A stretch of DNA of 64,000 nt from Dehalococcoidia bacterium (lineage in GTDB: Bacteria > Chloroflexota > Dehalococcoidia > UBA6926), in assembly GCA_965219405.1 (NCBI GenBank), contig OZ244736.1, positions 211,129-275,128 on the forward strand, in the 5' to 3' direction. Shown in pieces: positions 17,856 to 26,451 of the stretch (positions are counted from its first letter, which is position 1; the number at the start of each line of letters is the position of its first letter). A program made the position numbers and the translations under genes. A model generated the notes under the pieces. The model was given only the letters and a program-made list of their open reading frames with translations, searched no databases and had not been told where the DNA came from.

Positions 17856-17889
17856 AAAAAGTAGATAGGGGCGGCTTGGCCGCCCCTAT
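17856..17889 (-). terminator. intrinsic terminator downstream of the ACAD gene ending at 17920
   Basis: Perfect 11-bp stem ATAGGGGCGGC-TTG-GCCGCCCCTAT (17865-17889). On the minus strand it is followed by CTACTTTTTG. Confidence 0.6.
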
Positions 17890-17919
17890 CGTCACGATTC
17901 CTGTTGAATGAGCCGGCAG

Positions 17920-19125
17920 CTACCTGGGAAGCCCGAGACCGCGCTGAGCAATCAGGCCGGGCGCGAGGAGAATGCCGCCGCCGCCCGCGTAGCCCGTCAC
18001 CATGGACAACGCATAGTTTGTACCGTACATGCCGTTGTCCGGGGAGCGCTTCTCACCCTGGAGCAGGGCGCGATAGGGCCCCATGATGTGCGCCAGGACA
18101 GGCCAGAAGTTGAACTTCGCCATCATTGAGGAGTACAGGTTGGCGATCAGGCTCTCAGACTGCGGCACTTCACCCTTGGACTGGAGCCAGATGAGGCGCA
18201 GCGAGAGCATTCGGCCCGTCTCAACACGGATGCGCAGGTCTGCAAGCTGATGGCGGACGTGCGGATCATTAAGCACCGGCTCGCCATTGAACTTGAGGTC
18301 CTTCGCCATATCGAGGAACTTCTCCAGCACGGCAACGTTCCTGGCGCCAGTGCCGCCCGCACGCTCAAAGTTGAGCGTGGTCATAGCGGCGTACCAGCCA
18401 CGGTTGACCTCGCCGATGACCTGCCGCTTCGGAACACGGACCTCGTCCATGAAGACCTCGTTCCAGCGGCGTCGGCCAAACATGTCATAGAGCGGCCGGA
18501 GCGTGATGCCGGGCATCTGCGCGCCGTCATCATCCTTCAACTGCATGATCAGATACGTGATGCCGCGATGCTTGGGCGCGGACGGGTCCGTGCGTGTCAG
18601 CACGTGGTACCAGTTGGCGTAGTGGGAACCGGATGACCAGATCTTTTGGCCGGTGACGACGAAATCATCACCGTCCTCGACGGCGCGCGTGGTCAGGCTC
18701 GCGAGGTCGGTGCCCGCGTTCGGCTCGGAGAAACCCTGCGCCCAGTCAATATCGTTCGTTGCCATCTTGGGGAGGAACTCATTCTTGATGGACTCTTCGG
18801 CGTGGTACATCATCGCGCCGGTGATGTTTGCACTGGGGCTGCCCTGCGGGGCTCCCGCATAGGCGAGCTCGTCCGCGTAGATGACCTGTCGGGACAACGG
18901 AAGGCCCTGCCCGCCGTACTCCTGCGGCCACGCCATCGTCCAATAGCCCTTTTCAACCAGCTTCTTCTGGAAGATCTTGGTATCCTCGCGGTAATCCGCG
19001 CTGTCAAAGTCATAGCCGAAGACGTTGAGATCCGTGTTGTAGTCCTTGGAATCCCATTCCCGTCGGACGAACTCTCGTATTTCCTGCCGAAACGCCTCAT
19101 CTTCCGGCGCAAACGTGAAATCCAT
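17920..19125 (-). CDS. acyl-CoA dehydrogenase family protein (group B)
   Basis: ORF trimmed to 'MDFTFAPEDEAF' (ATG 19125, SD GGGGAGG). Motifs 'FSEPNAGTD', 'TTLNFERAG' and 'GYAGGGGILLAPGLIAQRGLGLPR'. Confidence 0.9.
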   Translation of the reverse strand: MDFTFAPEDEAFRQEIREFVRREWDSKDYNTDLNVFGYDFDSADYREDTKIFQKKLVEKGYWTMAWPQEYGGQGLPLSRQVIYADELAYAGAPQGSPSANITGAMMYHAEESIKNEFLPKMATNDIDWAQGFSEPNAGTDLASLTTRAVEDGDDFVVTGQKIWSSGSHYANWYHVLTRTDPSAPKHRGITYLIMQLKDDDGAQMPGITLRPLYDMFGRRRWNEVFMDEVRVPKRQVIGEVNRGWYAAMTTLNFERAGGTGARNVAVLEKFLDMAKDLKFNGEPVLNDPHVRHQLADLRIRVETGRMLSLRLIWLQSKGEVPQSESLIANLYSSMMAKFNFWPVLAHIMGPYRALLQGEKRSPDNGMYGTNYALSMVTGYAGGGGILLAPGLIAQRGLGLPR

Positions 19126-19351
19126 TGTTGGCTTGCCTCCCCACCGGCGCGCGCTCGATAGCGCCACCACTTTTCTAGACCATATAAAACGGCATCATTC
19201 CTGTGCGGAATCAACTGTCAGCATACCACGCGAACCATAGTGAAACGGCAGCGGGAACGGGCGAATATGTGTCGAGCTGGGCTGCGCGCCTCCCCACAGG
19301 CGCTCAGACGATTGGCGGTTTTTCTATCCAGGCGGCAATCACGCAGATAAA

Positions 19352-20539
19352 CTACCGCGGCAGGCCGAGAGCCCGCTGCGCGATGATGTTCTTCTGCACT
19401 TCCCGCGTGCCGCCGCCGATGCTCAGACCTGTGGCAAGGATGGAGTTCACACCCATGAATCGGCCGGCGGGCGCCCACTTGTCCTCCGGGCGCAGCTGGC
19501 CGTAGTCGCTCAGAATGGACGCGATTCCCCGATAGATCCCCTGGTGCAGAACATCTCCCCACAGCTTGGTCTGTGACGACTCTTTCACCGGAATCTCGCC
19601 CCGCGTCTGCATCCACGCCACACGGTAGGAGATCATCCGCGCCACTTCAATCTGCAGGCGCATGTCGGCCAATATGTGCCTCACGCGCACGTCGTCAAGC
19701 AGCGGCTGCCCGTTGACCTTTACCTCCTTCGCATAGTCCATAAACTCCTCAACGGTGCGCAGCATCCGCGCGGGACCGCCGATGTTGGAGCGCTCAAAAG
19801 ACAAATGCGTCATCGTGGCATACCAACCGCGGTTGACCTCGCCAACCATGTTGCGCTTGGGAACGCGAACCTCATCCATGAAGACCTCGCTCCAGCGGCG
19901 GCGTCCCAACATGTCATACAGCGGGCGAAGGATGATGCCGGGGGACTTCATGTCGATGATGAGATACGTCAGGCCGCGATGTTTGGCCGCCTCGGGGTCC
20001 GTGCGAACCAGCGCCTGCCCATAGTCAGCCATCTCCGCCATGGACGTCCATATCTTCTGGCCGGTGACGATGAAATCGTCGCCGTCTTCAACGGCGCGTG
20101 TCTGCACGCTGGCAAGGTCTGAGCCCGCGCCGGGCTCGGAGAGCAAGCGGCAGAACTCGATCTCAGCCGTCGCGTAATGCGGCAGCAGGTCGTCCCGATG
20201 CCACTCATTGCCGTGGTACATCAGGACGGGTCCGACGAGGTCGCTTGCGCCGGAAGATGGCGCGCCCCAGTAGGCCATTTCCTCGCGATAGATCAGTTGG
20301 CGGGAGATGGGCGCGCCCATTCCACCAAATTGCTCCGGCCAGTGCAGCGTCCACCAGCCCTTGCCGGCAAGCTTGAGCTGCCATTCCTTGACCAGATCGA
20401 TGGCCTCATGGGTATGCAGATCGTAAGAGGCGATGGACGCCCCAACGGAGTCATAGCCCTTCGGGTCCCACTCGGTGGTGACGAAATCACGCACCTCTTG
20501 TCGGAAGGCTTCGTCTTCCTGCGAAAACCTGAAGTCCAT
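19352..20539 (-). CDS. acyl-CoA dehydrogenase family protein (group A-like)
   Basis: 395 aa. Motifs 'LSEPGAGSD', 'THLSFERSNIG' and 'GGGTREVQKNIIAQRALGLPR'. Confidence 0.9.
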   Translation of the reverse strand: MDFRFSQEDEAFRQEVRDFVTTEWDPKGYDSVGASIASYDLHTHEAIDLVKEWQLKLAGKGWWTLHWPEQFGGMGAPISRQLIYREEMAYWGAPSSGASDLVGPVLMYHGNEWHRDDLLPHYATAEIEFCRLLSEPGAGSDLASVQTRAVEDGDDFIVTGQKIWTSMAEMADYGQALVRTDPEAAKHRGLTYLIIDMKSPGIILRPLYDMLGRRRWSEVFMDEVRVPKRNMVGEVNRGWYATMTHLSFERSNIGGPARMLRTVEEFMDYAKEVKVNGQPLLDDVRVRHILADMRLQIEVARMISYRVAWMQTRGEIPVKESSQTKLWGDVLHQGIYRGIASILSDYGQLRPEDKWAPAGRFMGVNSILATGLSIGGGTREVQKNIIAQRALGLPR

Positions 20540-20635
20540 TGTGTTACTCCCCGTTCCTAACGAACTCCGCCGTCTTTCTCTTTGCCGAATATTTGCGGCA
20601 TAAGCACAATGCGCCGAAGCGCAAGGAAGTCAGAA

Positions 20636-20884
20636 CTACAGGGAAACCGAGAGACAGGTCACAGTGCGCAGAATGCCGCCAATCGTGTGAATCCTGCTCG
20701 CTACGAGACTACCAATCGTATTCAAGTCTTCCGCTTCAATCGTCGCGATGACGTCATACGGGCCCGTCACCGCGTCCACGGATGTCATCTCAGGAACGTT
20801 CTTGAGTTCATTGACAACGTCCTGCGTCCTGCCAACAGAAGTCTCCACCAAAATGAAAGCACGCGTGGCCACATTAACCCCCAA
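20636..20884 (-). CDS. stand-alone Lrp/AsnC ligand-binding (RAM) domain protein
   Basis: 82 aa. 'AFILVETSVGRTQDVVNELKNVPEMTSVDAVTGPYDVIATIEAEDLNTIGSLV' is typical of small AsnC-type effector-domain proteins. No HTH is present. Confidence 0.7.
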   Translation of the reverse strand: MGVNVATRAFILVETSVGRTQDVVNELKNVPEMTSVDAVTGPYDVIATIEAEDLNTIGSLVASRIHTIGGILRTVTCLSVSL

Positions 20885-20945
20885 AATTCTCTACCCACCA
20901 AAGCTGTCAAAGGCGGCTTATTCTAGGCGCGGACGCGAAAGAGTG

Positions 20946-21908
20946 TCAATTGGCCGACCCGCTCTTGAACCGTCCATCGAAGTACTCTGTCACGGCGTCC
21001 AGGTACTCCTCGGCATGGTCGCTGAATGCCGCGCTGTGTCCGCCGGACGGGAACGATCGTAAACGAGTGTCCGGGTGCGAGGCCGCCGCCGCGATCCGTT
21101 CCGAGTGATCGGCGGCAATCCTGTCGTCGTCCTCCGCGTGCGTGAATAGCATCGGAAAGTCGAGCTCACCGACAAATTCCTCGGGTTTCAGCGCTGACAA
21201 TGCAATCCCGTACCGGGTTCGAGCCACGATCTCCATCCCCGGTTTCAGCACGCTGATCGTCCATTCCGGAAGGGGTGTTCGATCGGCTACCTCCACTGCG
21301 AACAGGTCATCAATACTTGCAAAGGCGCTGTCGATGACGAGAGCTCGAAGCCGCGGCTCCTCTGTGGCCGCCAGCAAGGAGGCAACCCCTCCCATCGAGA
21401 ATCCGAGCACGCCGATGCGCGCTGCAGGGATGCCGTACGTCTCCTCAGCAACATCCATCGCCCCCAGCACGTCGTACCGCTCATAGAATCCCGCAGACAT
21501 CACCTCGCCATCGGATTCCCCATGCGCACGCAGGTCGAACATCAACATCGAGAAACCCCTGTCACGGAGATCCCGGATAAGTGGCATGTACAGATCCGGG
21601 TCGCGGGCGCGGTTCGAATCAATGCCGTGAACAACGATGATTGCAGATTCGAGGCTTTCGTTCTGCGTAGACCGCGGTATCCACCAGCCTTGCAGTGTTA
21701 TTGGGTCCTCTTCTGCGCGTTCCTCCGGCATACGGGGAGGGAACTCGATGTCCTCGTACGCCATTTCGTAGTCCAGCGGCGTAATGTCGACAGCCACGCG
21801 CTCTGCCACCACGGCCTGCGAGACCATCGTCCAGGACATGACGGCGATGATGGCGACGATGATGCCCAGCGCCACCATGCCGCCGCGGAGAGCCACGATT
21901 GGATTCAT
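20946..21908 (-). CDS. alpha/beta hydrolase with N-terminal membrane anchor
   Basis: 320 aa with an N-terminal TM helix, nucleophile elbow 'GFSMGG', and late 'D...GGH' residues. Its ATG overlaps the moeA stop (ATGA at 21905-21908). Confidence 0.8.
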   Translation of the reverse strand: MNPIVALRGGMVALGIIVAIIAVMSWTMVSQAVVAERVAVDITPLDYEMAYEDIEFPPRMPEERAEEDPITLQGWWIPRSTQNESLESAIIVVHGIDSNRARDPDLYMPLIRDLRDRGFSMLMFDLRAHGESDGEVMSAGFYERYDVLGAMDVAEETYGIPAARIGVLGFSMGGVASLLAATEEPRLRALVIDSAFASIDDLFAVEVADRTPLPEWTISVLKPGMEIVARTRYGIALSALKPEEFVGELDFPMLFTHAEDDDRIAADHSERIAAAASHPDTRLRSFPSGGHSAAFSDHAEEYLDAVTEYFDGRFKSGSAN

Positions 21909-23218
21909 TCGCTCGCTTGAGCGCCGGCGCCGGAGATTCCGGTCTCACCCACGAGTTCCACGCGCGTCTCGTCACCCGCTTCGAGGCGCTTCACGTCCTC
22001 CGGGCAGATCGCCAAACCGTTGGCCCGCGCCATCGCCGTCAGGATGTTGGAGCCCTGTGGCCCGGACAGGCGCGCATGCATCCGGCCGTCGTCACCGCGA
22101 TACACATGAGCGCGGGCGTACACGCGGCGACCGTCCTCATTCACGATCGGATCATCAAGAACGGCTGTGAGTGATGGAGAGTCCCACGCCTCGTGCCCCA
22201 TCATCTTGCGCAGCGCCGGACGTGCCAGCATGTGGAAAACGACCATCGCGCTGACGGGGTTGCCCGGCAGGCCAAGGTGTGGCACGTCCCGCCCCCACGG
22301 CTCCTCCGCCGTCCCCCGCAGGATGCCGAACACCACAGGCTTGCCGGGGCGCATTCGCACCGCCCACACGCGCACATCACCCAATGATTGCAGCACCTGC
22401 TTCACCAGATCGTAGTAGCCGACGGAGACGCCGGCGGAGGTGATCAGGAAATCGGCCTCGCGCGCCTGCTCCACATGCTTTCGGACTGAATCCTCCGTGT
22501 CGCGGGCAATGCCGAGGGGGCGGGCGATGCCGCCCATCTGCTGAACAAGACCCTGCACAGTGTATGTGTTGATGTCATAGATGTGGCCGACGCCTAACTC
22601 ATCGCCCGGCGCGGCAATCTCGTCGCCGGACGCGAGGATTGCAACGACGGGACGGGGATAGACGGGAACGGTCGCCATGCCGACGGAGGCCAGCACGCCA
22701 AGCCGCGCGGGCGTCAATTCCATCCCCTTCGCCAAAACGACTTCACCCACCTGCACATCCTCACCGGCGGCCCGGATGGAGGTGCCAACTCGAGGTGAAG
22801 CGTAGATTGTTATGGCATCCAGCGGCTGTTCATTCGCTCGACGGCTCTCTTCATCCGTATCTTCAAAGCGGACAATGGCATCCGCGCCGGGAGGGACAGG
22901 AGCGCCGGTCATGATGCGTACTGTCACCCCCGGAACCACGGCAGGTTCGGGCGGCGATCCTGCCGCAATCTCGCCAATGACAGGCAACTCAACGGGCGAG
23001 TCCTGCCGGGCCGACGCCACGTCCTCCGCTCGCACCGCATACCCATCCATCGCAGAATTCGGGAGCGGCGGGATGGAGATTGCGGAGCGTACTTCATCCG
23101 CGAGCACGAGACCGTTGGCGTCGGCAAGCGGGACACGCGTGGGCAGCAGTGGCCGAATATCAGCCAAAACGCGCTCTAGCGCCTCTTCCACCAGGATCAT
23201 GCCGGTCTGTGTCGTCAT
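21905..23218 (-). CDS. moeA: molybdopterin molybdotransferase
   Basis: 437 aa. 'IPPLPNSAMDGYAVRAEDV' and the overall MoeA layout. Confidence 0.9.
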   Translation of the reverse strand: MTTQTGMILVEEALERVLADIRPLLPTRVPLADANGLVLADEVRSAISIPPLPNSAMDGYAVRAEDVASARQDSPVELPVIGEIAAGSPPEPAVVPGVTVRIMTGAPVPPGADAIVRFEDTDEESRRANEQPLDAITIYASPRVGTSIRAAGEDVQVGEVVLAKGMELTPARLGVLASVGMATVPVYPRPVVAILASGDEIAAPGDELGVGHIYDINTYTVQGLVQQMGGIARPLGIARDTEDSVRKHVEQAREADFLITSAGVSVGYYDLVKQVLQSLGDVRVWAVRMRPGKPVVFGILRGTAEEPWGRDVPHLGLPGNPVSAMVVFHMLARPALRKMMGHEAWDSPSLTAVLDDPIVNEDGRRVYARAHVYRGDDGRMHARLSGPQGSNILTAMARANGLAICPEDVKRLEAGDETRVELVGETGISGAGAQASE

Positions 23219-23257
23219 CGTTTCAATGCGCCTCTCGTGATGTGGGGCGCGTGACCA

Positions 23258-25720
23258 TCATGCCTGTGAGCGAAGTGTCGCGCCCGTCTCTCTTTGCAGT
23301 TTATCCAGCAACTGCGTCTCAGCGACATCCACTTCAGTATCCGTCAATGTGCGCGTTGGCGACTGCCAGACAAGAGAAAATGCGAGGGATTTCTTGCCAT
23401 TCGGCACCTGTGGGCCTTGATACACGTCGACGAGCGCAGACCGCACGACGGAGGGGAAGTTACGGATAATATCGCCCACGACGCCCGCCGGCGCCCCCTC
23501 ATCGATCAGCAGGGAGAGCTCCCGCAGCACGCCCGGGTAGCGAGAGACCGACCGCCACGTCCGCTCGACTTCGCGGCGGCTCTGAAGGGCCGCGTGGAGA
23601 TCGATCTCATAGAGGACAACGCGAGGCGCGCGCACATCGAGCGCCGCCAGCGTATCGGGATGTACCTCGCCGATGGTCCCAAACGGCCGTCCGCCAACCT
23701 CCGGCAGAATGTGGGCTGACCGTCCATGCGCCAGGATGCGGTCATCGGCGGCCTCGTACCGCGCGCGAACGCCGAGGGCCTCGAGCAAACTTTCCACCAG
23801 TCCCTTTGCGTCAAAGAAGTCCAGTTCATCGGAGTCGGTATCGCCGCCGCCGATCCAAGAGCGGTTTGCACGCATCCCCGCCATTACGCCGCACACATAC
23901 GTCCGCTCCTCCGGTTGATGCCGCGGGCCATGCGGCAGATATGCCTGCCCGATCTCGAAGAGCCTGTACGACTCCCGACTGATGCCGCGCTCGTTATTCG
24001 CAAGCGTGCGCAGCAGACTCCCACGCAGCGTGGTTCTCAAATACTCCTGGTCAGGCGACATTCGGTTCCAGACGCGTAGCGGATCCTGCGGCGCATCGCC
24101 CGGAATGGTGGTCTGCAACAATTCCATCGACACAAGCGGGTAAGAGATGGTCTCTCGGTGGCCCAATCGAACGAGGACATCGCGCACATCGTCCTTGATC
24201 TGCGTGAGGGGTTCCGGGAGATCAGGCTCTCCCGTGGTCGGCAGCAGTGTGACGGGGACGGCGTCATAGCCCACAATCCGCGCCACTTCTTCGATTAGGT
24301 CGTCCGGGATTCCGATGTCCGTCCGCCAAAACGGCACAACGGCGTCAATAGTGTATTCCCCGTCCTCCCTGTCCGTAGCCGTGACCTCAAAACCGAGCGA
24401 GCGCAGCGTACGCTCCGAGACCTCACGTCCCGGGTCGCTGCCCATCACCTGTTTCATGCGTTCGGACGTCATGGTGACCACCGCCGGCTCCTGCCTGTCC
24501 GGCCAATCGTCGGCAATGCCCTTTGCGGCCTTTCCGTCACACAGTTCAACCAGCATCTTGGCCGCGCGGCGGAGGCCGACGGGCGGAAGTGTTATCGGCA
24601 GATTGCGCTCGAAGCGCTGTGAGGCCTCCGTGCCGCGCTTTCCCCCTACCTCGATCCGGCGGCGCTGAACTGTGCGTCGTGTGCTGGCAAAGCCGAATGA
24701 CGCGGACTCCAGGATGATGTCCGTCGTGGAATCCGAAACCTCAGAGTTCTCCCCGCCCATGATCCCGCCCAAACCGACCGGGCCGCTCTCATCGGCGATG
24801 ACAAGGTCTTCCGTCGAGAGAACGTGCTGGCGTCCGTCCAGCGTTTCGAGGGGCTCATCCGGCGTGGCGCGGCGGACGATGAGTTTGCCGCCAGCGATGC
24901 TATCCCTATCAAAAGCGTGCAGCGGCTGCCCAATCTCCAACATGACGTAGTTCGTGATGTCAACCACGTTTGAGATTGGCCGCACGCCGGCGGACTTCAA
25001 TCGCAGTTGCATCCAATCGGGCGCGGGGCCGATGGTCACGCCTGTGATCAGGGCCGACGTATAGCGCGGCGCGAACTCCGGCGCGCGCAGGTCAACCAGG
25101 TCCTTAGTCGTTATAGGGTCTCCGTCTTCTGCATACTCCAGCGACGGCGTCCTTACCGGATTACCTGTTAGGGCCCCTACCTCCCAGGCCACACCAAGCA
25201 TGGAGAGACAGTCCGGCCGGTTAGCTGTCACTTCCACATCGAGAATGACATCTCCTAGGTAATCTTCCAGCGGCGTGCCTGGGACGGCGTCGTCCGGCAG
25301 CACAAGGATGCCCTCGTGGCCATCGCCCAGCCCAAGCTCCCGCTCGGAGCAGATCATGCCCTCAGACACGACGCCGCGGATGCGCGCCGATTTGAGCGTC
25401 TCCTGATTGCCCGTCTGCGGATTGGTCAGCGTCGCCCCGACGCGGGCGAGCACGATATTCTGTCCGCCCTCCACGTTCGGCGCGCCGCAGATAACCTCCA
25501 ACTCGTCAGACCCCGTGTTGACCGTAGCCAGCTTCAGGCGATCAGCGTTTGGATGTGGGCCGAGACGTTCAACATGGCCAACGAGGATATTGTCCCAGTC
25601 GCCGCCCACGCGCTCGATTGCGCCGACTTCAAGTCCGGCCATGGTCAGCCGATGCGCCAACTCCTCCGGCGTCAAATCAAAATCGACGTATTCTCGCAGC
25701 CACTTGAGCGACACGCGCAT
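23258..25720 (-). CDS. pheT: phenylalanine--tRNA ligase beta subunit
   Basis: 820 aa with the classical N-terminus 'MRVSLKWLREYVDFDLTPEELAHRLTMAGLEV'. Confidence 0.95.
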   Translation of the reverse strand: MRVSLKWLREYVDFDLTPEELAHRLTMAGLEVGAIERVGGDWDNILVGHVERLGPHPNADRLKLATVNTGSDELEVICGAPNVEGGQNIVLARVGATLTNPQTGNQETLKSARIRGVVSEGMICSERELGLGDGHEGILVLPDDAVPGTPLEDYLGDVILDVEVTANRPDCLSMLGVAWEVGALTGNPVRTPSLEYAEDGDPITTKDLVDLRAPEFAPRYTSALITGVTIGPAPDWMQLRLKSAGVRPISNVVDITNYVMLEIGQPLHAFDRDSIAGGKLIVRRATPDEPLETLDGRQHVLSTEDLVIADESGPVGLGGIMGGENSEVSDSTTDIILESASFGFASTRRTVQRRRIEVGGKRGTEASQRFERNLPITLPPVGLRRAAKMLVELCDGKAAKGIADDWPDRQEPAVVTMTSERMKQVMGSDPGREVSERTLRSLGFEVTATDREDGEYTIDAVVPFWRTDIGIPDDLIEEVARIVGYDAVPVTLLPTTGEPDLPEPLTQIKDDVRDVLVRLGHRETISYPLVSMELLQTTIPGDAPQDPLRVWNRMSPDQEYLRTTLRGSLLRTLANNERGISRESYRLFEIGQAYLPHGPRHQPEERTYVCGVMAGMRANRSWIGGGDTDSDELDFFDAKGLVESLLEALGVRARYEAADDRILAHGRSAHILPEVGGRPFGTIGEVHPDTLAALDVRAPRVVLYEIDLHAALQSRREVERTWRSVSRYPGVLRELSLLIDEGAPAGVVGDIIRNFPSVVRSALVDVYQGPQVPNGKKSLAFSLVWQSPTRTLTDTEVDVAETQLLDKLQRETGATLRSQA

Positions 25721-25729
25721 CGCGTCGTC

Positions 25730-26104
25730 TTACTCCGTTCGATCCGTATCGTCAGTCGTTTCAGTCTCGGCATCGTCGTCATCAGCGGCGGGTTCGGCGA
25801 CGCCACCAAAGGGAGCGCCTCCGGAATCCTCCATCTGTTCGTCACCGTGTTCGTGACCCTGGTGTGCGATGGCCTCCGCAGTTGCGAGGTCATTTTGCCC
25901 CGCCGCCATGTGCCTCATCGTTATGCGAAATCTTGGCGGCTTGTGCGACGTTGACCGCACAAGATACACATTCCCGCAAGCATGGCAATGGAAGCGGTGC
26001 GGCACGAGATTCGACGGCAACTCGCTATGTCCCTCGTAGTACACGAGGGCATTGCAGCTGGGGCAATTCTGCTGGGTAGGGACGGACCCGCCGTGTGTCG
26101 TCAT
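25730..26104 (-). CDS. zinc-ribbon protein with acidic C-terminal tail (hypothetical)
   Basis: 124 aa. 'CPSC...(24 aa)...CHAC' pairs, then an Asp/Glu/Thr-rich tail. It stops 9 nt before the pheT ATG. Confidence 0.55.
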   Translation of the reverse strand: MTTHGGSVPTQQNCPSCNALVYYEGHSELPSNLVPHRFHCHACGNVYLVRSTSHKPPRFRITMRHMAAGQNDLATAEAIAHQGHEHGDEQMEDSGGAPFGGVAEPAADDDDAETETTDDTDRTE

Positions 26105-26137
26105 GCGGTCTTCACGCCTCCGACCCAGCGGCTATTC

Positions 26138-26392
26138 CTAGCGGAGTTTTGCAACAGTGGCCTTCTCGAAGTCCTGAATTGCCCTTACGATACCCATTCC
26201 TTCAGCGACGGACATTGGGCCGAGCATGTCCCTCTGTGCGTCCCGCAATTGATCCGCGAGTTCAACGTAGGCGACTCTTTGCTGTCCCGCCACCGCCCGC
26301 TCCGCCGCGGAACTTAGGCAACCTAAAATCGTGCCGAACTCCTCAATTGAGAGCGACAAATTCACCATCACTTGCTCTGCTCGCTCCGTCAT
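26138..26392 (-). CDS. small helical hypothetical protein
   Basis: ORF 26138..26398. GGAAGGAGG ends at the first ATG and lies 6 nt before the third codon (ATG 26392), so the start is placed there. No recognisable domain. Confidence 0.5.
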   Translation of the reverse strand: MTERAEQVMVNLSLSIEEFGTILGCLSSAAERAVAGQQRVAYVELADQLRDAQRDMLGPMSVAEGMGIVRAIQDFEKATVAKLR

Positions 26393-26451
26393 CTCCATCC
26401 TCCTTCCGGTTGTAGGGATCCCTCTCTATCCCTCGCGCTTATCCCACCGAG

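Noticed and set aside
2064-19980. A recurring peptide '...ERSK(L/E)SVVIAAYQPR(L/F)(T/S)SP...' in many small ORFs (2064, 3281, 5909, 12818, 15215, 18287 and 19755 on the plus strand, and 37969 on the minus strand). It could be mistaken for a repeated small gene.
   Set aside because: It is the antisense reading of the conserved ACAD motif 'GE.NRGWYAAMTTL.FER' and simply mirrors the paralogue array.
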